DNA of 64,000 nucleotides from Spirochaetia bacterium (GTDB taxonomy: Bacteria; Spirochaetota; Spirochaetia; Treponematales; Treponemataceae): assembly GCA_900769325.1 (NCBI GenBank), contig CAAGGF010000077.1, positions 43,281 to 107,280 of the forward strand, given 5' to 3'. This document shows positions 20,604 through 29,498 of the stretch, in pieces. Below the pieces are notes generated by a model. The model saw nothing but the letters and a program-made list of their open reading frames with translations. It was not told where the DNA came from and ran no database searches. The position numbers and the translations under genes are program-made. Numbering within the stretch: position 1 is the first letter of the stretch; each line of letters starts with the position of its first letter.

Positions 20604-21337
20604 TTTCCTTCTGATGTAAGTTTTATAAACGCATCTTCAATATTTTTAGATTCTGTCTTTAAAAGAATATCCTCTTCGCTTCCTGAAATTAAAATTTTTC
20701 CTTTATGTAAAATATAAATTTTATCTGCAAGCGAATGAACTTCCTGCATGATGTGCGTTGAAAGAAGAATCGTTTTTTCTTTTGAGAGTTTTTTTATTAA
20801 CGAGCGGAACTGAATTATTTGAGCCGGGTCAAGCCCGTTTACAGATTCATCGTAAATAAGATTTTCAGGATTACAAATCAAGGATCTTGCAAACATAACT
20901 CTCTGTTTAAAGCCTTTACTTAGCGAGGAGATTTTTTTTGAAAGAATTTCTAGTATTTCGCAATCAGAAACGATTTTTTTTAAATTTTTTTTAAACTGTT
21001 CATTTGAAAGGCCGTGCATTTTTGCGTATAAAAAAAGGTATTCTGAAACATAAAGTTTTTCAGGTAAATCTGAAATTTCAGGGATATAGCCTGAAGTTAA
21101 AAGTGCTTTTTGTCTTTGCAAAGAAACATCATAAAAATTTAAAGAAGAATCACTTAAAAGAATTTTCCCGGATGTCGGATAATGTTCGCCTGCAATTGCT
21201 TTTATTAAAGTAGATTTTCCGGCACCGTTTAAGCCTAAAATGCAAGTTACACCTTTATCTGCTTCAAGAAAAATGTTTTTTACCGCGAAATCTTTTTCAC
21301 CGTTGTATTTTTTGGAAAAATCAATCAATTTTATCAT
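20600..21337 (-). CDS. ABC transporter ATP-binding protein (GldA-like)
   Basis: GLNGAGKST, LSKGFKQR signature, DESVNGLDP, STH. Confidence 0.9.
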   Translation of the reverse strand: MIKLIDFSKKYNGEKDFAVKNIFLEADKGVTCILGLNGAGKSTLIKAIAGEHYPTSGKILLSDSSLNFYDVSLQRQKALLTSGYIPEISDLPEKLYVSEYLFLYAKMHGLSNEQFKKNLKKIVSDCEILEILSKKISSLSKGFKQRVMFARSLICNPENLIYDESVNGLDPAQIIQFRSLIKKLSKEKTILLSTHIMQEVHSLADKIYILHKGKILISGSEEDILLKTESKNIEDAFIKLTSEGK

Positions 21338-21345
21338 TTGAAAGC

Positions 21346-22272
21346 CTAATCAATATACGGAATATCAATGCACATTCTGTCTTTTGCAAGTTCTGATGCA
21401 GGATAAATTTCACGCGCCTGAAGAAGCAGTTTTTCTAATTCTTTGTCGTTGTATCTTGGACTGTAATGAATCATATACATTCTCAAAGAATTTGAATCCC
21501 TTGCAATTATGGCTGCTTCACTTGCTGTCATGTGTTTTTTTTCTTTTGCCTGATCGATAAGATCATTTTCAAACATTGCTTCACAGACTAAAAGATCTGA
21601 ACCGTAGACTTCTTTTGCGATGGAAGGTTTGTAAAGCGTGTCGGTTACAAAACTGAATTTTCTGCCGCTTCGTTTTTTACCCATTACATCTTCGGGGAAA
21701 ACTGTTTTTCCGTCTGAAGAAGTGACAGACATTCCTTTTTGAAGTTTTCCCCACAAAGGACCTACAGGAACATTTAAAAGCTGTGCTTTTTCGGGATTAA
21801 ATTCTCCAGGACGGTCTAGTTCTTCTAAAGTGTAGCCGACGCAAGTTTTTGTATGGTCTAAAGGAAAGGCTCTTATGTAAAATCCGTCACCTTCATAAAC
21901 TGTACAGGGAGCTGAAATTTCTTTTACTTCTATTGGATAATTTATATACATATCAAGAACTTTTCGGCTTGTTTCGATATATTCTTTTATTTTTGGAGGC
22001 CCGAAAATGAATAAAGGTTCAGTGCGTTCAACCTGAGCGTTAAGCATTAAAATTCCGGGAAGTCCTGTAACATGATCTGCATGAGTGTGGGAGACAAAAA
22101 TTGCATTTATTTTTTTCCATTTTAGATTAAGACGCCTTAAGCTTACTTGAGTGCCTTCTCCGCCGTCAAATAAAAACAAATCTCCGTCGCGCCTTAGAAG
22201 GACAGAAGTTAAATGCCTGTAAGGAAGAGGCATCATTCCGCCGCAACCTAAAATAAATGCTTCCATATTCAT
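21346..22272 (-). CDS. rnz: Ribonuclease Z
   Basis: DGGEGTQ, HTHADH metal motif, exosite GP.WGKLQKG, TDT, H.T, HYSPRY. Confidence 0.93.
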   Translation of the reverse strand: MNMEAFILGCGGMMPLPYRHLTSVLLRRDGDLFLFDGGEGTQVSLRRLNLKWKKINAIFVSHTHADHVTGLPGILMLNAQVERTEPLFIFGPPKIKEYIETSRKVLDMYINYPIEVKEISAPCTVYEGDGFYIRAFPLDHTKTCVGYTLEELDRPGEFNPEKAQLLNVPVGPLWGKLQKGMSVTSSDGKTVFPEDVMGKKRSGRKFSFVTDTLYKPSIAKEVYGSDLLVCEAMFENDLIDQAKEKKHMTASEAAIIARDSNSLRMYMIHYSPRYNDKELEKLLLQAREIYPASELAKDRMCIDIPYID

Positions 22273-22332
22273 ATTTTTTGATATTACATGAAAAACAAAA
22301 TCTTCTCAAGGAGGAAAAAAAACTGTTTTAAG

Positions 22333-23232
22333 TTAAAGATTTTTCCAGATGTCAAAAAATTCAAGGGCAAACTGCTGAATATTATTAAACCATTTTTGCT
22401 GAATTTGAAGGAAAGTCTTTCCAAGATAGCGGTAATGCCAGCATTCCCAGCGGTAACCTGTAACATCTTCATAGCCTTTAGGAAATGAAAGCGACCAGCC
22501 GTATTTGTGTGCGTTTTCAGAAAGCCAGATGCCTTCTTTTGTATTTATAAAAGAATCTTCAATATTCCCGAAATCGATTGCACATCCTGCCTGATGCTGG
22601 CTTGTTCCAGGCCGTGCACTTTCCCGTTCAGCTTCTTCAAGACCGTCAACTTTTACCCAATAGGAAAAAAGAGAATCCTGATATTCATAAGAACGGTATG
22701 TTGAGCTTACGGTTAAAGAAATTCCGTCGTTTAATGCAGAGCGTGAAAGTTCTTTTAACGCTTCTTCAGCTTCTTTTCTAAGGGATAGATTTTTTTTTGA
22801 AATTTTGTAAAGACTGTTTTCTTTTAAAGGAATCAGATTTTTTGGCACATAATCAGAAGATAAAAAATGTTTTTTGTCTACAAGATAAAAAAGCGAAATG
22901 TCGTCAACTGAATTTTTTTCTTCTTGAAGAAGAAGATTTAAATCTTTTATGAAATCTTCGTACTCGTCTATTTTAATTTTTACTTCTTCTTTAAAACGGT
23001 CTGACATCTGTGAAAAAACATATTCAATTTTTGAAAATTCGGGATTCATTTTATTTTCTGATTTGTTAAAACTTTCATTGTTTTGTAAAGAAGACATTTG
23101 AACGGATTTTTTTTGATTTTCAAGATAAGAAACTTTTATATTGGAAACTTCTTTTTTTGAACATGAAACAAAAATAAAAAGGAACGGTAAAAGTAAAAAA
23201 AATTTTTGAAAAAAATCGACTGAACATTTCAT
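22333..23232 (-). CDS. M15B D-alanyl-D-alanine carboxypeptidase lipoprotein (VanY-like)
   Basis: STYRS, SARPGTSQH..G.AID, ECWHYRY; lipobox FVSC; probable ATG at 23232 (ORF-track TTG at 23268 coincides with the -35 box). Confidence 0.9.
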   Translation of the reverse strand: MKCSVDFFQKFFLLLPFLFIFVSCSKKEVSNIKVSYLENQKKSVQMSSLQNNESFNKSENKMNPEFSKIEYVFSQMSDRFKEEVKIKIDEYEDFIKDLNLLLQEEKNSVDDISLFYLVDKKHFLSSDYVPKNLIPLKENSLYKISKKNLSLRKEAEEALKELSRSALNDGISLTVSSTYRSYEYQDSLFSYWVKVDGLEEAERESARPGTSQHQAGCAIDFGNIEDSFINTKEGIWLSENAHKYGWSLSFPKGYEDVTGYRWECWHYRYLGKTFLQIQQKWFNNIQQFALEFFDIWKNL

Positions 23233-23239
23233 AGTAAAA

Positions 23240-23268
23240 AAAATACAGCGAAAACGATTTTTTTTCAA
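23240..23268 (-). promoter_or_regulatory. Putative promoter of carboxypeptidase gene (leaderless geometry)
   Basis: TTGAAA, 17 nt, TATTTT, 7 nt, ATG; no SD. Confidence 0.5.
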
Positions 23269-23336
23269 TGGAGGTTGTCAGGTAGAAAATTAATTTCACA
23301 AAATTCAAATTCAGTAAATGCAAAAAGCCTCTTTTA

Positions 23337-23345
23337 TGATATAAT
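23337..23345 (+). promoter_or_regulatory. Extended -10 element of methyltransferase gene (leaderless geometry)
   Basis: TGATATAAT then 6 nt then ATG 23352; no SD. Confidence 0.6.
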
Positions 23346-23351
23346 AAAAAT

Positions 23352-24122
23352 ATGACGGAACTTGAAAAATACTATAACAAATTCAACGAAGAACACCGCC
23401 TTTCTTCACGGCACGGGCAGGTTGAATTTAACACGACGCTTCATTTTATTCATCAATATATAAAAACAAAGCCTCTTAAAATTTTAGATGTCGGAGCGGG
23501 AACCGGAAGATATTCAGTTCAGTTATGCCATGAAGGTCACGATGTTACTGCCGTAGAACTTGTAAAACACAACCTTGAAATTTTACGAAAAAAACACGAA
23601 AACATAAAAACATGGAATGCAAACGCTCTTTCTCTTCCGTTCCTTGAAAACGAAACTTTTGACCTTACGCTTCTTTTAGGACCTATGTATCATCTTTCCA
23701 ATTTTAATGATAAAGTGAAAGCCTTAAATGAAGCAAAACGCGTTACAAAAAAAGGCGGCCTCATTTTCATCGCGTACTGCATGAACGAATATTCAGTTTT
23801 AACATACTGTTTTCGGGAAAAAAACATTTTAAAATGCGTAAACGAAAAAACTCTCACAGAAGACTTTCACGGAATTTTTACTGAAAAAGACCTTTACAAT
23901 TATGTCCGCCTCGAAGACATAAACCTTTTAAATAAAGAAACAAATTCAAAACGAATAAAAATTTTCGCCCCAGACGGACCTGCAGATTATTTTAGAAAAG
24001 AAATAAATGCACTTTCCCAAAAGGAATTTGAATATTTTAAAGAATATGTGCTTAAAATAAGCGAACGAGCGGAACTTTTAGGTTCTTCAAGTCATGTTGT
24101 CGATGTAATTGAAAATACTTGA
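23352..24122 (+). CDS. Class I SAM-dependent methyltransferase
   Basis: ILDVGAGTGRY, VTAVEL, FDLTLLLGPMYHL, EAKRVTKKGG. Confidence 0.9.
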   Translation: MTELEKYYNKFNEEHRLSSRHGQVEFNTTLHFIHQYIKTKPLKILDVGAGTGRYSVQLCHEGHDVTAVELVKHNLEILRKKHENIKTWNANALSLPFLENETFDLTLLLGPMYHLSNFNDKVKALNEAKRVTKKGGLIFIAYCMNEYSVLTYCFREKNILKCVNEKTLTEDFHGIFTEKDLYNYVRLEDINLLNKETNSKRIKIFAPDGPADYFRKEINALSQKEFEYFKEYVLKISERAELLGSSSHVVDVIENT

Positions 24123-24827
24123 TTAATAATCATACCAGCTTGAAGCACTCTGATCTGCCAGTTGAAGTAAAAGTACAAGCGGATTTTGAAGAAAGTTTGA
24201 ATAATTCATTTTTTCTGAATCAGTTAAATCTGTAAAGCCCATGTGACGACTCACCGCTTCGAGGACAGTCCTGTTGTCAATCATCGACGGCATAAGTTTT
24301 AATAAAATCAAGACAGATTCGTTTCCGTGACCTAAATTTCTTAAATCGTCTTTTGTTTTATAGAACGCTTTTTTTACCCAGTTTCCAAAAACATCTTTTG
24401 TATTTCTGAAACTGATTTCATAAAAGTCAACTTTGCAAAAATCATGCGAAAGTGCAGAAACAAAAATATCTTTTGCCGAAACAATAAAGTCGTCCTGTCG
24501 TTTGGAAACGAAAAAATCCGAAAGAAGCGGTTTTGCAAATTTTAGCGCCTGATAAATTACCTGCATTGTATGAACAGAAAGCCCTGATTCAAAATCTCCG
24601 TGAAAACGAGTTGAAGCCGGGGCCTTGAAAAAGTCAGTTTCTGAAAGAAAAGATAAAAGATTTTCACGCTCAAAAGTATCATCAACGATAAACTGAATCA
24701 TTTCTGTATAAGTCGATTTTAATTTTTCTATTGAAAAAGAAGAATTATCAATCGGCATAAAATTTTTATAAATTTCAAGAAGTCCGTCTATCTGCAAAAA
24801 TAAATTCTTTTTCTGTTCTTCTGTCAT
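24123..24827 (-). CDS. HD-domain metal-dependent phosphohydrolase
   Basis: APASTRFH...GLSVH, HDFCK, GHG, RHMG, LAD. Confidence 0.85.
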   Translation of the reverse strand: MTEEQKKNLFLQIDGLLEIYKNFMPIDNSSFSIEKLKSTYTEMIQFIVDDTFERENLLSFLSETDFFKAPASTRFHGDFESGLSVHTMQVIYQALKFAKPLLSDFFVSKRQDDFIVSAKDIFVSALSHDFCKVDFYEISFRNTKDVFGNWVKKAFYKTKDDLRNLGHGNESVLILLKLMPSMIDNRTVLEAVSRHMGFTDLTDSEKMNYSNFLQNPLVLLLQLADQSASSWYDY

Positions 24828-24835
24828 AATGAAAA

Positions 24836-24864
24836 ATACTAAAGATTTACTGTAAATTTTTCAA
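24836..24864 (-). promoter_or_regulatory. Putative promoter of HD gene with palindrome in the spacer
   Basis: TTGAAA, 17 nt, TAGTAT, 8 nt, ATG; spacer contains ATTTAC-T-GTAAAT. Confidence 0.5.
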
Positions 24865-24893
24865 GGTGAGAATTAAATTTTTAAGATGTTCTT

Positions 24894-26258
24894 TTAAAGT
24901 TTTTCAGTTTGAAGCGGCTTTAATTCTTTTTTGAAAATGAAAAAATAAACAGTCATCAAAATTAAATAAGTTACTATCCAGCTTAAACAATACGAAACAT
25001 AAATGCTTGCTAAAGTGTGATATTCTGGAATGCGGAAGACTGTAAAAATCCAGAGAATTCTAAAACCGCATGCACCAAAAAGCGTAATCAGCATAGGAGC
25101 CATACTGTGCCCAAGTGCCCTGATTAAATTTGCAGCACAATCCATAAGACCGCACAAACCGTAAGTCGTACATATATATTTCATTCTGACAATTGCAACT
25201 TCTATTGATTCCGGAGTATCGGTATAAAGAGAAAGAAGAGGTTTTGCAAAAAAATACATTAAATTTCCCAATATTAAACCGAATAAAAGTGCCGTCAACT
25301 GCGAATAAAATGTTACTCTTTTTATTCTTGAAATTTTTCCTGCCCCCAGATTCTGCGAAGTAAAAGTTAAAGTTCCCTGAGCAATGCTGTTCATCGAAAT
25401 GTAGACAAAACCTTCAAGGCTTTGGGAAGCACTGTTTCCGGCAACTGCAATTTTCCCAAAAGAATTTACGCTGGTCTGAATTACCATATTTGAAAGCGAA
25501 AAAATAATTCCCTGAAGACCTGCTGGAACACCGATTTTGACGATTTTAATTACGATATCGCCGTTTAATTTAAGATTTTTTAAATTCAGTTTAAAAGCGT
25601 CTGTTTCATGTACTAAAAGAAAAATTATCAGGAAAGCGCTTAAAGTCTGACTGATTACAGTTGCAAGAGAAACTCCAGTAACATCCATTTTAAAAAGAAT
25701 TACAAAAATCAGATTTAAAACTACATTGACGCTTCCTGATAAAATTAAAATCAGAAGAGGTCTTTTTGTATCGCCTTTTGCCCTTAAAACCGCACTTCCA
25801 AAATTGTAAATCATTGTTGAAGTCATTCCGCAAAAATATATTTTTAAATAAACTGCCGCTTTTGGAAAAACATCTTCAGGAGAAGACATTAAAAGTAAAA
25901 TCGGCTTTACAAGAGGAATCGCAACGGCCGTAAGGAAAATTCCTGAAATGATGCTTAAAAGAACTGCCGTATGAACTGCAATATTTAATTCCTTTGATTT
26001 TTTAGCTCCAAAAAAATTTGAACAGACTACATTTGTTCCGATTGAAAGCCCCATAAAAAGATTTGTAAGAAGATTTATGATGACAGAAGTTGAACCGACT
26101 GCCGCAAGAGATTCGTCCCCGGAAAATTTACCGACTACAATTACATCGCATGCATTAAATAAAAGCTGAAGAATATTTGATAATATAAGCGGAACAGAAA
26201 ACGCCATTAGTCTTGCAATAATAGAGCCTTCCGTCATGTCAAGGCTGTTTTTATTCAT
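24894..26258 (-). CDS. MATE family efflux transporter
   Basis: DMTEGSI...FSVP...LQLLFN..D...VG, LRAKGDTKRPL, ~12 TM; GAGG SD. Confidence 0.92.
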   Translation of the reverse strand: MNKNSLDMTEGSIIARLMAFSVPLILSNILQLLFNACDVIVVGKFSGDESLAAVGSTSVIINLLTNLFMGLSIGTNVVCSNFFGAKKSKELNIAVHTAVLLSIISGIFLTAVAIPLVKPILLLMSSPEDVFPKAAVYLKIYFCGMTSTMIYNFGSAVLRAKGDTKRPLLILILSGSVNVVLNLIFVILFKMDVTGVSLATVISQTLSAFLIIFLLVHETDAFKLNLKNLKLNGDIVIKIVKIGVPAGLQGIIFSLSNMVIQTSVNSFGKIAVAGNSASQSLEGFVYISMNSIAQGTLTFTSQNLGAGKISRIKRVTFYSQLTALLFGLILGNLMYFFAKPLLSLYTDTPESIEVAIVRMKYICTTYGLCGLMDCAANLIRALGHSMAPMLITLFGACGFRILWIFTVFRIPEYHTLASIYVSYCLSWIVTYLILMTVYFFIFKKELKPLQTEKL

Positions 26259-26533
26259 AAATTACGCCTCACAAAAATTAACATTCCTTAAAAACAGAAA
26301 AAAAAGTCTTTATGATTACTGCGATTATGTTATCATACTTTAAAAAAAAATCTAAGAGACTTAAAACATTTTTCTTAAAAAGACAGTGAAAAATACAATC
26401 TCACTTCCCTTCACTTTTTTAATTTTTATGTTTTATTTTTTATTCTCACTCAGTTTAAATGCGTACGCTTTCAAAAATCAATCATTTTTAATTTATATCA
26501 AAAACAGTTCTTTTCATTTAAAATGGTAACAAT

Positions 26534-26872
26534 ATGATTGATTATCAGAAATGCTTTATTGAAAACCTGAAATTTTACAGAAAGCAAAAAAGGTTTTCTC
26601 AAGGAGATTTAGCTGAAGCCTGTGATGTTTCTAACGGAACTATCGGAAATATCGAATGCGGTCTTACAAAGCCGTCCTTTGATCTTCTTATAAAAATTGC
26701 AGAAAGCCTTGAAATTCAGCCTCAGATGCTTTTCTATGATATGTCATCCCCTGAATCACCGCAATTTGTTTTAAAGACTTTTACAGAAGACCAGCTTTTC
26801 AGAATTAAAAAAGCCTTTAATTCAGCGATAAAAACTGCACTGAATAATCTAAAAGCCATGGAATTAAACTGA
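26534..26872 (+). CDS. XRE-family HTH transcriptional regulator
   Basis: NLKFYRK...SQGDLAE...S...IGNIECG...PS. Confidence 0.88.
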   Translation: MIDYQKCFIENLKFYRKQKRFSQGDLAEACDVSNGTIGNIECGLTKPSFDLLIKIAESLEIQPQMLFYDMSSPESPQFVLKTFTEDQLFRIKKAFNSAIKTALNNLKAMELN

Positions 26873-26935
26873 ACTTTTAGCTTACTAAAAAAAAAATCTG
26901 CTTTAAAGACGAATTTTTTAAAAGGATTTACTTTA

Positions 26936-26964
26936 TTGAACATTTACATTTATAGAGATATAAT
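26936..26964 (+). promoter_or_regulatory. Sigma70-type promoter of the AspT/YidE-like gene
   Basis: TTGAAC, 17 nt, TATAAT; GAGG SD before ATG 26999. Confidence 0.65.
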
Positions 26965-26998
26965 AACTTAAATTTTATTTTTTTAAGAGGTTTTTAAA

Positions 26999-28243
26999 AT
27001 GACTGCTTATTTAGCTGGTGTGTGTTCATCTGCCCTGTCATTTATTTTTATTGTGTTTGCCATCGGAACAATCGGATATCTTGTTGGCGGAATAAAAATC
27101 AAAGGCATCGAACTTGGCACTGCAGGTGTCCTTCTTGTAGCGTTAATTTGGGGTGTTGTAATTAATTTTGTTCCGTCTTTTAACTGTTTCGGTGCAAAAG
27201 AAATTGTACTCTGGTCAGATAAAATTAAGGGAAACTTTGGAATCGTTTCTAATATTGGAACGGCTCTTTTTGTTACTGCAGTCGGTCTTATTGCAGGTCC
27301 TAAATTCTTCCGTTCTTTCAACAAAAGTACAATTGCTTATATCGTACTTGGTTTTGTAATAATCATAATCGGTGCAATTACGGCAGCCCTTTTTGCTTTT
27401 TTTGACCCTAATTGTTCTTCTTCAATGGCAGTAGGACTTTTGACAGGAGGACTTACTTCAACTCCAGGTTTCAGTGCCGGAAAAGAAGTTGCAGTTGCAC
27501 TGGATGAAATTGCAAAAATGGCAGGTCAAGTATCAACTTTGGAAGCAGATGTTACAGCCGGTTATGGAATTGCCTATACATTCGGAGTTTTAGGCGTAGT
27601 TCTTTTTGTTCAGATTCTTCCAAAAATTTTAAAAGTCAATATGGCTGATGAAGTTGCTCATTTTCAGGCTGCAAATCAGGTTAAGATTCCTGAACCTAAA
27701 AAAAATCTTGTTCCGCTTGAACCTTTTGGTTTCTTTGCGTTTTTCTTTGCTGTTGCATTAGGATGCATAATCGGTGCAATAAAAATTCCAGGAATTAATT
27801 TTTCTCTGGGAAATTCCGGCGGCTGTCTCATAGGCGGTTTGATTGTAGGTCATATTGCCCACATCGGAAAAATTGATTTACGCATCAGTAAACAGACTTT
27901 AAATTTTATGCGGGAACTTGGTCTTGTTTTATTTTTAATTGGAGCTGGCGTTCCTGGCGGAGTAAATTTCATTTCTAAATTCCGCTGGACCTATTTTATT
28001 TACGGTGCCGTAATGACAACAGTTCCGATGGTTGTAGGTTATATCATTGCCCGATATGTATTTAAACTGAGCATCTTAAACAATCTTGGTTCCATTACAG
28101 GCGGTATGACATCAACTCCTGCACTGGGAACTTTAATTGCAACTTGCGGAACTGATGAAGTATCTGCCGCTTATGCTGCAACTTATCCTTTTGCCCTTGT
28201 TTCAATTGTTCTGGCGTCAAAAATCATCATAATGGTTTTATAA
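26999..28243 (+). CDS. AspT/YidE/YbjL-family antiporter (duplicated membrane domain, no TrkA-C)
   Basis: LGTAGVL, LFVTAVGL.AGP.FF, GGLTSTP and GGMTSTPALG repeats, YAATYP. Confidence 0.85.
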   Translation: MTAYLAGVCSSALSFIFIVFAIGTIGYLVGGIKIKGIELGTAGVLLVALIWGVVINFVPSFNCFGAKEIVLWSDKIKGNFGIVSNIGTALFVTAVGLIAGPKFFRSFNKSTIAYIVLGFVIIIIGAITAALFAFFDPNCSSSMAVGLLTGGLTSTPGFSAGKEVAVALDEIAKMAGQVSTLEADVTAGYGIAYTFGVLGVVLFVQILPKILKVNMADEVAHFQAANQVKIPEPKKNLVPLEPFGFFAFFFAVALGCIIGAIKIPGINFSLGNSGGCLIGGLIVGHIAHIGKIDLRISKQTLNFMRELGLVLFLIGAGVPGGVNFISKFRWTYFIYGAVMTTVPMVVGYIIARYVFKLSILNNLGSITGGMTSTPALGTLIATCGTDEVSAAYAATYPFALVSIVLASKIIIMVL

Positions 28244-28269
28244 AATAAAATTTTTGATTTTTCAATTAA

Positions 28270-28316
28270 AAAAGGAAGCCGTAAAAAGAAAATAAAAACT
28301 TTTTTGGTTTCCTTTT
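28270..28316. terminator. Bidirectional terminator-like hairpin between convergent genes
   Basis: AAAAGGAAGCC ... GGTTTCCTTTT with inner AAAAAG/CTTTTT. Confidence 0.55.
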
Positions 28317-29451
28317 ATTTTTTTAAAGAAACTGCATTCTGAACTAAAGTCAAAGTCTGATTTACTGATTTTTCCCAGTTGAACATGCTTGACCATTCAA
28401 TTCCGGTTTTGATGATTTTATCGCGAATTTCCAAATCAGTGCAGATTTTTTCGATTGATGATGCAAATTGTTCTGTATCATCTGGATTTATAAGCAAAAA
28501 TGCGTTTTTATTGATTTCGGAAAGAGATGCTTTATCGGTGCACAAAACAGGAATTCCTGTCGACATTGCCTCTAAAACTGAAAGCCCTACTCCTTCATCG
28601 ACTGACGGAAAAATGCATGCTTCTGAATTTGCATATAAAAGCGGAAAGTTTTTATGCGGAAAATGACCTGTAACAAAAATATCGTTTCTGTACGGGGACT
28701 TTGAAATTGCACTGTAAATTTCTTCTATATAAAATGAATCTTCGCTTCCTGCAATTACAAGCCTATGCGGAAAACCAGTATTTGTTTTAAAAAGTTCAAA
28801 CGCTTTTATAAGTTCAAGATGTTTTTTGTTTGGGCCTGAAATTCTTGAAGGATAGATAAAATACGGTTTTTTTATTGCAAATGGCTTTATATCGACGACT
28901 TCAGGATTTGATTCCATCTGTGGATAAAAAAGTTTGTGGTCAATTCCGTTGTAAATTACAGAAATTTTTTCTTCGGATATTCCGTTTTGAACAAGATCGT
29001 CTTTTATGAACCTTGTTGCAGCGACAATCAGCGTAGATTTTTTTACGACTTTTTTAAGAATCCGACTTTCTGCCTGCGATTTTCCTTCGATAAGACTTGA
29101 AAAAACAGTGTTTACGATTGCAACAGTAGGAACTTTTGTTTTTATTGGAAAACAGTTTGAGATAAGCGGAAAAATTACGGCATCATATTTTTGCTTTTTT
29201 ACGAATTTATTAAATTTCATTATATGCCATAACCGTTCTGCTTTATGGTCGTCTGAAAGTTTTATGCCTTCAAAAGAAATGCGTTTTCCGGAAGTATAAG
29301 TAAACCTGTCGATTTCTGAACCGAAAAGTTCGATTTTATTCTCTTTATAAAAATCATCTGACTGCGGAAGGTTTGATGTAAAAGAACTAATATATGAACC
29401 AAGTCCGCTCCGGGAATGATTTAAGCCGAATGTATCAATTCCAATTTTCAT
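28315..29451 (-). CDS. GT4-family (group 1) glycosyltransferase
   Basis: VIYNGID, FPSVDEGVGLSVLEAMSTGIPV (Ex7E), FNWEK. Confidence 0.9.
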   Translation of the reverse strand: MKIGIDTFGLNHSRSGLGSYISSFTSNLPQSDDFYKENKIELFGSEIDRFTYTSGKRISFEGIKLSDDHKAERLWHIMKFNKFVKKQKYDAVIFPLISNCFPIKTKVPTVAIVNTVFSSLIEGKSQAESRILKKVVKKSTLIVAATRFIKDDLVQNGISEEKISVIYNGIDHKLFYPQMESNPEVVDIKPFAIKKPYFIYPSRISGPNKKHLELIKAFELFKTNTGFPHRLVIAGSEDSFYIEEIYSAISKSPYRNDIFVTGHFPHKNFPLLYANSEACIFPSVDEGVGLSVLEAMSTGIPVLCTDKASLSEINKNAFLLINPDDTEQFASSIEKICTDLEIRDKIIKTGIEWSSMFNWEKSVNQTLTLVQNAVSLKK

Positions 29452-29457
29452 GCCTTT

Positions 29458-29492
29458 AATTATAGCACACAGATTAAAAATTTGCTATAATT
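29458..29492. promoter_or_regulatory. Symmetric bidirectional promoter: two back-to-back TGCTATAAT extended -10 elements
   Basis: AATTATAGCA (29458-29467) / TGCTATAATT (29483-29492); each TATAAT lies 7 nt from its ATG. Confidence 0.7.
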
Positions 29493-29498
29493 CATTTT

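Noticed and set aside
22333..23232. Vancomycin resistance locus
   Set aside because: Lone M15B carboxypeptidase lipoprotein without vanHAX/vanRS; ordinary peptidoglycan enzyme
26259..26533. 275-bp intergenic region as ncRNA
   Set aside because: AT-rich with no convincing stable stems; consistent with divergent promoters for MATE and XRE genes
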